From assembly GCA_043811535.1 (NCBI GenBank), contig JBDRNC010000017.1, forward strand, positions 160,001-224,000: a stretch of 64,000 nucleotides of DNA, in the 5' to 3' direction. The position numbers were made by a program, and so were the translations under genes. The first letter of the stretch is position 1. Each line of letters opens with the position of its first letter. Below, one piece after another: positions 10,934-19,534 of this stretch. The notes beneath the pieces were generated by a model. The model worked only from the letters and a program-made list of their open reading frames with translations. It had not been told where the DNA came from and searched no databases. This DNA is from Elusimicrobiota bacterium. Lineage in GTDB: Bacteria; Elusimicrobiota; Endomicrobiia; Endomicrobiales; JBDRNC01.

Positions 10934-11429
10934 CTTTTTTTCCGGAAGCGGCGTTGATGTCCTTTATCTTGTCCCTTAAAACCGCGGCCTTTTCGAATTC
11001 CTCGGTTTTAATGGCTTCTTCGAGCTGCCGGCGCAGTTCCGATATCTGGTCCTCGGATTTCTGTTCCGGCAATATTTTCTTTCCGACGTGCTTTGAACTG
11101 CCGTGTATTCTTTTTAGAAGAGGGTCAAGCTGGGCCGAGAACGCGCTGTAGCAGTTCTCGCATCCTAGTCTGCCTACGCCTTTGAACTGGTTGTATGTCA
11201 GGCCGCAGACGGGACACTTGACCGCGTTTATGGTTTTATGCCCCGGTATTTCCCAGTCGCTCAAGTTCGCAAGCAGGTCAACCAGCGAGAAATGCGGTTT
11301 TGATAAACCAAACTCCACTCCCTTTTCCTGCGCGCAGCTTTCACACAGGTGCAGTTTTACCGGTTTATTATCCATTTCAGCTTCAATATGGATGGTGGCT
11401 TCCTGCTTATTGCATATTTCGCAGATCAT
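10911..11429 (-). CDS. mcsA: McsB activator McsA
   Basis: CxxC zinc motifs, GRLGCENCY, C-terminal UVR motif (EEFEKAAVLRD). Confidence 0.92.
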   Translation of the reverse strand: MICEICNKQEATIHIEAEMDNKPVKLHLCESCAQEKGVEFGLSKPHFSLVDLLANLSDWEIPGHKTINAVKCPVCGLTYNQFKGVGRLGCENCYSAFSAQLDPLLKRIHGSSKHVGKKILPEQKSEDQISELRRQLEEAIKTEEFEKAAVLRDKIKDINAASGKKDETQRVS

Positions 11430-12308
11430 TTATTTTCCTTCGATTGAAACGCCAGTAAGGCGCGTTAGTTCCCGGAATTCCTTTATCAGTTTCAGCGTGA
11501 CTTTTCCGGGTTTGCCGTTGCCGATCGGCCTACCGTCTACTTTTACTACCGGAATGACCTCTGCGGCTGTTCCGGTCAGGAAGCATTCGTCGGACGTGTA
11601 AACCTGATAAGTCGTAAACAGTTCTTCCTTGACAAGGTATTTCAGCTTGTTCTTGGCGATCTCCATTACGGCGCCCCTTGTGATGCCCTCCAGCGCGCCG
11701 GCCGAACAAGGAGGGGTGATAAGCGTATTCTCTTTCAGTATAAAGATGTTGTCGCCCGTGCATTCCGCGACGTAACCTTCGGTGTTAAGCATGATGGCTT
11801 CCTGCGTCCCGGCGTGTTTTGCCTCAAGTTTCCCAAGGATATTGTTCAGATAATTCAGCGATTTAACGCAAGGATTAAGTGCTTCCGGATTAGTGCGTTT
11901 TGTGGAAGCCGTAATCAGTTCAAGGCCTTCGGTGTAGAACTCTTCCGGGTAAAGGTTAATCTTGTCGGTGATGCAGAAAACCGTCGGTTTCGGGCATTTG
12001 CCCGGGTCAAGCCCGAGATCGCCGACGCCGCGCGTAACGACAAGCCGGATATAGGCGTCTTTCAGTTTATTTACCCTTAATGTGTCAATGACGACGCTTT
12101 CCATTTCTTTTTTCTTGAAAGGAATCTCAAGTTCGATGGCTCTCGCCGAGTTGTAAAGCCTGTCAAGGTGTTCCCTCAACCTGAAAACGCGTCCGTTGTA
12201 GGCGCGGATCCCTTCGAAGATTCCGTCGCCGTATAAAAGGCCGTGGTCAAATACGGATATTTTGGCTTCGTCTTTTTCAACCAGTTTACCATCGAGATAG
12301 ATCTTCAT
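11430..12308 (-). CDS. ilvE: Branched-chain amino acid aminotransferase
   Basis: DHGLLYGDGIFEGIR, KSLNY, GTAAEV class IV PLP motifs; start at ATG 12308 (MKIYLDG) with AGGAG SD. Confidence 0.93.
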   Translation of the reverse strand: MKIYLDGKLVEKDEAKISVFDHGLLYGDGIFEGIRAYNGRVFRLREHLDRLYNSARAIELEIPFKKKEMESVVIDTLRVNKLKDAYIRLVVTRGVGDLGLDPGKCPKPTVFCITDKINLYPEEFYTEGLELITASTKRTNPEALNPCVKSLNYLNNILGKLEAKHAGTQEAIMLNTEGYVAECTGDNIFILKENTLITPPCSAGALEGITRGAVMEIAKNKLKYLVKEELFTTYQVYTSDECFLTGTAAEVIPVVKVDGRPIGNGKPGKVTLKLIKEFRELTRLTGVSIEGK

Positions 12309-12336
12309 GTCGTGCTCCTGGTATTTCCGCTTTTTA

Positions 12337-13065
12337 TTACAAGAAATATTTCTGTTGAACGGATTGCTTCGTCTGCTGCTCCGCGGACTGAACAAATGCC
12401 GGCTCCGTTGTTATCATGCCGTCGCGCATCATGATTATCCTGCCTGCTTTTTTTGCGAGTTCCTCGTTATGCGTCACTATCACAAGAGTTACATTCCTTT
12501 TTTTACATTCATCGAACATTATCTTTTCCACTTTTTCGCCGTTCTCGCGGTCGAGGTCGCCGGTAGGCTCATCGGCCAGCAGGAGTTCAGGGTCATTTAT
12601 GAACGCGCGGGCGAGCGCGGCCCGCTGCTGCTCCCCGCCGGAAAGTTCCGATGGCAGATGATCCATCCTTTCATTCAATCCCAGGCTTTCAAGCAGCGCG
12701 ACAGCGTCTTTACGCTTGACGGAGCGCTTTGCCCACGCCGGTATCAACACGTTTTCAAGAACGTCGAATTCCGGAAGCAGGTAGTGCAGCTGGAACAAAA
12801 AACCGATCTTGTTGCGGCGCATCCCGGCCCGCTGTTTATCAGCCATGCCGGCAGAATCCATCCCGTCAAACGCGATGTTCCCGGAACTTGGTTTATCCAT
12901 AAGGCCGATTAGGTGGAGCAGCGTGCTTTTCCCCGCGCCGGAAGGGCCCATTACGGCAACCGTCTCGCCCTGCTTAATCTCAAAGCTAACGTCCCTGATC
13001 GCTTTGATTTCAATGCCTTTGTCCAGCGTATAATTTTTCTGAAGGTTCTTAGCCGAGATATCCAT
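12337..13065 (-). CDS. lolD: Lipoprotein-releasing ABC transporter ATP-binding protein
   Basis: GPSGAGKST, LSGGEQQR, LLADEPTG; coupled to lolC/E-type permease. Confidence 0.85.
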   Translation of the reverse strand: MDISAKNLQKNYTLDKGIEIKAIRDVSFEIKQGETVAVMGPSGAGKSTLLHLIGLMDKPSSGNIAFDGMDSAGMADKQRAGMRRNKIGFLFQLHYLLPEFDVLENVLIPAWAKRSVKRKDAVALLESLGLNERMDHLPSELSGGEQQRAALARAFINDPELLLADEPTGDLDRENGEKVEKIMFDECKKRNVTLVIVTHNEELAKKAGRIIMMRDGMITTEPAFVQSAEQQTKQSVQQKYFL

Positions 13066-14267
13066 TATCCGTACCTTATTGCGTCAAGCGGGTCAAGTTT
13101 TGTGGCCTGGTACGCCGGGTAAACTGCCGCGATCACCGCTATTAAAAGCGCGGACGCGACTACGCTGAGAATATCTCCGGGAAGCACCATGACCGGAAGC
13201 GTATCTATGTAGTAAATATCCGCCGGAAGATGTATGAACTTATACCTGTGGAGAGCGTAGCAGACGCCTGTCCCGAGCGCGGTGCCTGATATTATCCCGG
13301 CGAGCCCGACGATAATGCCTTCAAAAAAGAATATCCTGCCTATCTCCATCCTGTTCATCCCTATCGCGGATAATATGCCTATCTCCTTGGATTTCTCGAC
13401 GGTCAGAAGGAGCAGGTTTGAGATTATGTTAAAAGCGGCGACGACGATTATAAGCGTTAAAATGATGAACATCATTATTTTTTCAAGTTTTAGGGCCGCG
13501 AATAGGTTGCCGTTCATGCTCTGCCAGGTCCTTATGCCGTAAGGGAATGAAAGGTCTTTCCGCAGAGTTTTACCGGTCTCAGCGGCGATATCGGGATTCT
13601 TTAAAGAAATACCGATGCCCGTTACGGCGCGGTCGAGTTCAAAAAGGTCCTGAGCGGCTGGCAGGGTTATGTAAGCCATGTTAGAGTCGTATTCATACAT
13701 GCCCGACTTAAATATCGAAGCAACCCAGAATTTCTGCATTTTCGGCACGGTGCCGACAATGCCCGGTGAGACGACTATGACATCCTTGCCCACGCCGGCG
13801 CCCAGCGTCTGCGCCAGGTTGTAACCGAGTATTATGTGGTTGTCGCGCATCTGGCCGAGATCATTATGCAGGATCTTTCCGAGCCCCACAAGTTTTTTTT
13901 CTCCGATAAAGTCAATGCCTTTGATCACCGCACCGCAGGTTGTCTGCCCTTTCCGCAAGATTATCTGTCCGTAAATGAACGGGGCAGCGGCCGTCACGTC
14001 CTTGTTCTCTTTTATCTTCTGTGATATAAACTCGTATTCCAAAAACGGGGCGGTGTCTTCCTTGATTACAAACAAATGCGGCTGGAGCGAGAGTATTCTT
14101 TCCCTGATATCCTTGTGGAAACCGCTCATTACCGCCAGCGTTATTATAAGCGACGCGACTCCGAGCGTGATCCCGCCTACCGCGATAAGCGTTGTCAGGA
14201 GCGTGAATACCCCCTTCCTCCGCGCCTTCAGATACCTCAATGCGATGAATAGTTCAAGTGAATTCAT
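13065..14267 (-). CDS. lolC: Lipoprotein-releasing ABC transporter permease (LolC/E family)
   Basis: FIALRYLK N-terminus, AVMSGF, EIGILSAIG, YPAYQATKLDP; four TM segments. Confidence 0.88.
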   Translation of the reverse strand: MNSLELFIALRYLKARRKGVFTLLTTLIAVGGITLGVASLIITLAVMSGFHKDIRERILSLQPHLFVIKEDTAPFLEYEFISQKIKENKDVTAAAPFIYGQIILRKGQTTCGAVIKGIDFIGEKKLVGLGKILHNDLGQMRDNHIILGYNLAQTLGAGVGKDVIVVSPGIVGTVPKMQKFWVASIFKSGMYEYDSNMAYITLPAAQDLFELDRAVTGIGISLKNPDIAAETGKTLRKDLSFPYGIRTWQSMNGNLFAALKLEKIMMFIILTLIIVVAAFNIISNLLLLTVEKSKEIGILSAIGMNRMEIGRIFFFEGIIVGLAGIISGTALGTGVCYALHRYKFIHLPADIYYIDTLPVMVLPGDILSVVASALLIAVIAAVYPAYQATKLDPLDAIRYG

Positions 14268-14340
14268 AAATTCGTATCTCGTATCTCGTCGTTCGTATCT
14301 CGTAACGTCTTAAACTAGATACGAGATACTAGATACGAGT
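14268..14340. repeat. Heptamer-repeat inverted hairpin (TCGTATC/GATACGA type)
   Basis: tcgtatc repeats, then agatacg agatact agatacg. Confidence 0.75.
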
Positions 14341-14358
14341 CCCGGTTGTTTTCTGTCG

Positions 14359-15816
14359 TCATAATTCCGGTCTTAATGTCGGGAACAGTATCACTTCTCT
14401 CACAGATTCTATCTCCGCAAGAACCATAACGAGCCTGTCAATTCCTATACCGAGCCCGCCTGTAGGAGGCAGCCCATGCTCTATCGCGGTAATGAAATCC
14501 GCGTCGTAGGCCTGTGCTTCTTCATCTCCCTTTTTCCTGTCTTCCATCTGTTTTTCAAAACGTTTCTTTTGTTCTTCCGGGTCGTTCAACTCCGAATAAG
14601 CGTTCGCTATCTCCATCCCGTTCATGTAGAGTTCAAAACGTTCCGCGATATCAGGCTGGCCGGCCTTTGACTTGGCCAGCGGCGAGTATTCCGCGGGATA
14701 ATCCAGCACGAACGTCGGTTCCTTAAGCTTTGCCGTCACGAAGTTATCGAATATCTGGTCAAGTATTTTCTTTTCCGTTGTCTTTTCCCCGGCGTCAAGT
14801 TTCAGATCCTTGGCTGTCTGCCGTATCTTGCCTGTCCCTAGAAGAGGTTTGAAATCAATTCCCGAAGCGTCCTTAAGCGAATCGAAGAACTTTATGCGCT
14901 TAAAAGGCACGGGCATATCCTTGCCCAGGATTTTCGCGGCATTTACGATAAGTTCCTCTGCAAGTTCCATCATCGTATTATAGTCGCTGTATGCCTGATA
15001 GAGTTCAAGCATCGTGAACTCCGGGTTGTGGTTCCTGTCTATACCTTCGTTCCTGAAGTTACGCCCTATCTCGAACACCTTTTCCATACCACCTACGACA
15101 AGCCGCTTGAGATAAAGTTCCGGCGCGATACGCATGAAAAGGTCAATATCGAGGGCATTGTGGTGCGTCGTGAAAGGTTTCGCCGCCGCGCCGCCGGCTA
15201 TTGCCTGCATTATCGGTGTTTCCACTTCAAGGAATCCTTTTTTTATGAGTTCCTGGCGAATTGAAGAAATTATCCCGCTGCGCTTGATGAAGACGTTTTT
15301 TACGTCCGGATTGGATATCAGGTCCAGATAGCGTTGCCTGTATCTTATCTCGGTATCCTTAAGTCCGTGCCATTTTTCCGGCAGCGGCCTTAAGGTTTTT
15401 GCAAGCATAACCCAGCTTTCGGCTTTCAGGCTCAACTCGCCCGTTCTTGTCCGGAACGGAGATCCCTTTACCCCGATAAAATCGGCTATATCCACGGAAT
15501 CGTTGAAGACCTTATACATTTCCGCGCCAACGAAATCCGACCTTACATAAACCTGGAGCTTTCCCGACGCATCGGCAATATCGATGAACGAGGCTTTTCC
15601 CATTTCGCGTCTTGATACGATCCTTCCGGCCGACGTTAAAGAATCTTCGCAGGATTCGCCGGTTTTCAACGAACCGTATTTCTCATGAATTTCAGAGATT
15701 GCGCAACTCGTTTTGAACTGCGCGGGGTACGGATTAACGCCGCTTTCGCGCAGTATCGCAAGCTTGGCCCTTCTTGTCTCAATAATTTGTTCAAGTGGAG
15801 TATTAAGCTCGTTCAT
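14359..15816 (-). CDS. lysS: Lysine--tRNA ligase (class II)
   Basis: RYRQRYLDL, GGAAAKPF, FRNEG, GLPPTGGLGIGIDRL. Confidence 0.97.
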   Translation of the reverse strand: MNELNTPLEQIIETRRAKLAILRESGVNPYPAQFKTSCAISEIHEKYGSLKTGESCEDSLTSAGRIVSRREMGKASFIDIADASGKLQVYVRSDFVGAEMYKVFNDSVDIADFIGVKGSPFRTRTGELSLKAESWVMLAKTLRPLPEKWHGLKDTEIRYRQRYLDLISNPDVKNVFIKRSGIISSIRQELIKKGFLEVETPIMQAIAGGAAAKPFTTHHNALDIDLFMRIAPELYLKRLVVGGMEKVFEIGRNFRNEGIDRNHNPEFTMLELYQAYSDYNTMMELAEELIVNAAKILGKDMPVPFKRIKFFDSLKDASGIDFKPLLGTGKIRQTAKDLKLDAGEKTTEKKILDQIFDNFVTAKLKEPTFVLDYPAEYSPLAKSKAGQPDIAERFELYMNGMEIANAYSELNDPEEQKKRFEKQMEDRKKGDEEAQAYDADFITAIEHGLPPTGGLGIGIDRLVMVLAEIESVREVILFPTLRPEL

Positions 15817-16205
15817 TTTTTCCTTAATATTTCATTAACTTTTTCTTGAAGAAGCTTCGGGTCAAAAGGTTTTTCAATATATGCCGCCACGTTGGACGCC
15901 ATGCCGAAAAGGTCCTTCATCTGCCCTTTTGCGGTAAGTATTATGATGGGAACGTTTTTTGTCGGGTCGTTTTCAAGCATCTTGTTCTGTACCGTGTAGC
16001 CATCGGTCCCAGGCATCATGACGTCAAGGATGACTATGTCCGGGATCACTGGTATATTCAAAGGTTGCTGCGGCAAAATGCCGAGTTTTTCAAGCGCCTC
16101 GTTCCCGTTGTAAGCCTCGATAATCTCGTGGCCCTGTTTCTGGAAAATGAATGACAGTAGTTCAACAACGTTTTTCTCATCATCAACGACCATGATTTTT
16201 GCCAT
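15813..16205 (-). CDS. Single-domain response regulator (receiver)
   Basis: VVDDE, ILDVMMP phosphoacceptor, LTAK, KPF; ATGA overlap with lysS. Confidence 0.9.
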   Translation of the reverse strand: MAKIMVVDDEKNVVELLSFIFQKQGHEIIEAYNGNEALEKLGILPQQPLNIPVIPDIVILDVMMPGTDGYTVQNKMLENDPTKNVPIIILTAKGQMKDLFGMASNVAAYIEKPFDPKLLQEKVNEILRKK

Positions 16206-16330
16206 ATTTGCACTCCTGTAAAAGAAAAAATGATGAAGCCGTTGGCCTCAAAAAAGCAAAAAGCAATTCAACAGGAAATAACACTATACCCCATCCTACG
16301 GGATAACCTGTAGAAGCTTAACTTTTCAAA

Positions 16331-16359
16331 ATTATACTTGATTTTTCAATGTTTGTCAA
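16331..16359 (-). promoter_or_regulatory. Consensus sigma70 promoter for the receiver-lysS operon
   Basis: TTGACA (16354-16359), 17 bp, TATAAT (16331-16336) on the minus strand. Confidence 0.8.
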
Positions 16360-16362
16360 TAA

Positions 16363-16437
16363 AACTGAAATGGCAGAACTGATGAGGTAGAACTGATAAG
16401 GCAGAACTGGTAAGGCAGAACTGAAACGGCAGAACAG
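16363..16437. repeat. Five tandem 14-bp direct repeats (AACTGnnnnGGYAG)
   Basis: aactgaaatggcag, aactgatgaggtag, aactgataaggcag, aactggtaaggcag, aactgaaacggcag, partial aacag. Confidence 0.85.
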
Positions 16438-16527
16438 ACCCCGATGTATTCGGGGTCATCGCGACCCGCCATCGCTGCAGTGGCGGGGAAGCGATCTCAG
16501 AGATTGCTTCGCTTCGCCCGCAATGAC
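16437..16527. repeat. Composite REP-like palindrome
   Basis: gaccccga..tcggggtc hairpin overlapping gtcatcgcga...gaagcgatctc/gagattgcttc...cgcaatgac with nested cccgcca..tggcggg. Confidence 0.65.
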
Positions 16528-16546
16528 GAACCACGGGTCACTGAGA

Positions 16547-17645
16547 TTATGTCCGGTTTATGTTCTTTTTCTGTACTTTCAAGTCCAAATACGCCGAAAT
16601 AAACGGGTCAATTTGGCCGTCCATTACTATATCAACCTGCGGTATCTCTTTTCCGGTGCGGTGGTCCTTCACCAACTGGTAGGGCATGAAAACATACGAT
16701 CTTATCTGGTTTCCCCACGCAATCGAACCCTTTTCGTCGTAATGCTTTTCGATCGCCTGGCGTTTCTTATCCTGTTCGGCCTCATAAAGCTTGGCTTTCA
16801 GCAGTTTCATCGCGGTGACCCGGTTTTTTGTCTGGGATCTTTCATTCTGGCAGGCGACGACTATTCCCGATGGGATGTGAGTGAGCCTCACGGCCGAGTC
16901 CGTTTTATTGACGTGCTGCCCGCCGGCGCCCGACGCCCTGTAAGTGTCGATGCGCAGGTCTTTATCATCAACTTTTATCTCAATATCATCATCAATTTCG
17001 GGAATGACGTCTACGGAAGAAAACGAAGTGTGGCGTCTTTTGTTCGAGTCGAACGGAGATATCCTGACGAGCCTGTGGACGCCGAGTTCTGACTGGAGTT
17101 TCCCGTAGGCGTATTCTCCCTTTACGATAAATGTTACGCTTTTGATGCCGGCTTCCTCGCCCGGGAGTATGTCGATTATCTCGGTGGAGAAACCGTTCTT
17201 CTCGGTCCACCTGAGATACATCCTTAGCAGCATTTCAGCCCAGTCGCAGGATTCTGTGCCTCCGGCCCCGGCGTGGATGGATACGATGGCATTATTCCTG
17301 TCGTGTTCGCCCGAAAGCTTGGTTTCCGTGTCAAGCAGGTCTATCTCGATTTTTATCTTTTCCGTCAATTTTGATATTTCTTCGTTGAGTTTTTCGTCTT
17401 TGTCTTGTTTTGACAGGGTCTCCAGCGTCACCAGGTCGCTTAATTCAGTATTCAACTTTTCCCACAACGCGACGGTTTTTTTCATGGAGTTAATTTTTGA
17501 CATTGTTCCCCGGGCGGCATCCGTGTTGTTCCAGAAATCCGGCGCGGAGGCCTTTTTTTCCAGCGCGCCTATCTCGGCATTTTTCTTGTCTATCTCAAAG
17601 AGACCCCCTAAGATTCTGAAGTTTGATCTGCATTTCACCGAGCAT
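16547..17645 (-). CDS. prfB: Peptide chain release factor 2 (programmed +1 frameshift)
   Basis: SPF and GGQ motifs; ATG 17645 after GGGAGG; 16 codons then AGGGGG TCT CTT TGA G slippery site at 17594-17609. Confidence 0.96.
17594..17609 (-). promoter_or_regulatory. prfB +1 frameshift signal
   Basis: Internal SD AGGGGG, 3 nt, CTT TGA (here followed by G). Confidence 0.92.
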
Positions 17646-17740
17646 TATTCCCTCCCGCACAGCAGTTGACAGATGACCGTCCAATGTTTTGTTTTAGTTG
17701 TCCCGCCGACTGTCAACCGTTAACGTTGCGTATGTTTCTC

Positions 17741-19381
17741 TTACCGCGCGCGTCTTATTTGTTCTTTATAGAATTTGGATATCATCTCGAAAAGCGCGTC
17801 AACGATACGGATATTGAATATCGTTCCTAATATCATCGTAAGACAGAACAGGATGCAAAGGTAAGCGAAGACGTCGCCCCATCTCGTGTAAAAAGTCGCG
17901 GTGCGCGACGGCCCGACGCTGGCGCATATGAAAGTACGAATAAAAGGCTCGGCCCTTGCGCTGATCCTGCCGCTCGGTTCAACTATGCCCGAAATGCCGG
18001 TGTTGCCGCTGACGACGACAGAGCGGCGGTTCTCGATCGCGCGGAACACGTTCATAGTAAAATGCAGTTCCGCAGCTGATGTTTTGAGAAACCACGCGTC
18101 GTTTGTCTGGTTGACCAGTATTTCGGCCCCCCTGGAAACGGATTTCCGGGTTATGCTTCCGAAAAAATTCTCGGAGCAGATCGTCGGCCCCCAGAGAACG
18201 GATTTCACGGAAAAAACAGTCGGTGAGCCGCCGCGGGTAAAATCTCCCAGAGTATTCAGTACTCCGAAGTAAGGCTCCAGAAGTTTCCTGAACGGTACGA
18301 ATTCCCCGAACGGGATGAGGTGCGTTTTCTTGTGCCAGTTCAGTATTTCACCGGCGGGCCCGAAAAGAAATGACGCGTTGTAATAGTTCTGTCCGCCGTT
18401 ATAGTATGGAGCTCCGACGATGTGGTAGGTTCCCGTCAGCTGGGCGAGCTGGCTTATCCATGAATAAAGCCGCGGGTCCGCGGGCAGGTACCCCGGCACG
18501 GCGGTTTCCGGCCAGATTATGATATCCGGTTTTTCCGCGGAAGATTCCGCCGCAAGCTTTGTGTAAGCGTCGGTAATCTCATTTTCGTAAGCGGCGTCCC
18601 ATTTCTTGTATTGGTCGATATTCCCCTGCATGATAGCCACCCTGAAATACGGCGGCGGCATAAGGTAATTCCTGTCAAGGAGTATTTTGCCGAGTATCGC
18701 CGTGAGCGAAAGCCCGGCAACTATCATGAGGAACGGCAAGACGCGCCTTGTCTTCCATACTCTCCATAAAACGACATTCACGATAACTATGATAAAAGAA
18801 ATTCCGAAGACTCCGGTGAATTCCGATACCTGTATAAGAGAAAGAAATTTCCACTGGGAGTATCCTGCAATCCCCATCGGGAAGCCGGAAAAAAGATACG
18901 TCCTGATGAACTCAAAAAAGATCCAGAGTGACGCCGCGAACAGCGAGAACCTGAAGACAGAATATGAGGTTTTAACCTTGTTTAACAAGTATGCCCACGC
19001 GGCGAAATACAGGGCCAGGTAGCAGCAAAGCGCGGCCAGGCACAGCAGTCCCTGCAGCCGCGACAGCGTGTTTGTCTGTACGACAACATAAATCCAGTAA
19101 AAGAGGCCCGCGTTAGCGATGAAACCTGACAAAAATCCGAATAAAAAGGATTTAAGCGGGTTCTCCCGCTGCACGACTATTAACAGCGGTATCAGCGATA
19201 TCCACGCGAGTAAATACAGGTTGGAATCAGGGAATGACAGGAAGTACAGCGCGCCGCTCAGGATGGAAAGCAGGAATGACCTGTGTTTCTTCGCCCGGGC
19301 GTAAACAAGCGCGGGCATTTGTTTGAAAACAAAATTCTTCAACGCTCCCGGGATATTCTTAAAAAAGTTTTTAGGATTCAA
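17741..19381 (-). CDS. lnt: Apolipoprotein N-acyltransferase
   Basis: Multiple TM helices, QGNI, WPETA, KTHLIPFGEFVP, ICSE, NDAWF; exact start uncertain. Confidence 0.93.
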   Translation of the reverse strand: MNPKNFFKNIPGALKNFVFKQMPALVYARAKKHRSFLLSILSGALYFLSFPDSNLYLLAWISLIPLLIVVQRENPLKSFLFGFLSGFIANAGLFYWIYVVVQTNTLSRLQGLLCLAALCCYLALYFAAWAYLLNKVKTSYSVFRFSLFAASLWIFFEFIRTYLFSGFPMGIAGYSQWKFLSLIQVSEFTGVFGISFIIVIVNVVLWRVWKTRRVLPFLMIVAGLSLTAILGKILLDRNYLMPPPYFRVAIMQGNIDQYKKWDAAYENEITDAYTKLAAESSAEKPDIIIWPETAVPGYLPADPRLYSWISQLAQLTGTYHIVGAPYYNGGQNYYNASFLFGPAGEILNWHKKTHLIPFGEFVPFRKLLEPYFGVLNTLGDFTRGGSPTVFSVKSVLWGPTICSENFFGSITRKSVSRGAEILVNQTNDAWFLKTSAAELHFTMNVFRAIENRRSVVVSGNTGISGIVEPSGRISARAEPFIRTFICASVGPSRTATFYTRWGDVFAYLCILFCLTMILGTIFNIRIVDALFEMISKFYKEQIRRAR

Positions 19382-19388
19382 AGCCGTT

Positions 19389-19494
19389 ATCCACCTTCGA
19401 TAGGCATATCATCAATATTCGCGGCTATTTTGCCCTTCGGGTGATCTCCCGTAGGGATGACGCCGCATTGATGATATATCTTCGGCGGATTTCG
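19389..19494. repeat. ATCCRCCTTCG...TCGGCGGATTTC element with a structured internal cargo
   Basis: Same termini as the 47617, 54647, 56762 and 57439 copies; internal 11-bp stem atatcatcaat/attgatgatat. Confidence 0.65.
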
Positions 19495-19534
19495 CCGAAG
19501 AAAAAAGATACTTCTGCTGTAAGAGCCGTGGAGC

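Noticed and set aside
16225..16250. Hairpin TGAGGCC-AAC-GGCTTCA as an ANTAR target
   Set aside because: It is a single hairpin without the tandem hexaloop (A1/G4) arrangement
16363..16437. Tandem repeats as a possible CRISPR array
   Set aside because: The 14-bp units are contiguous with no spacers, and there are no cas genes in the window
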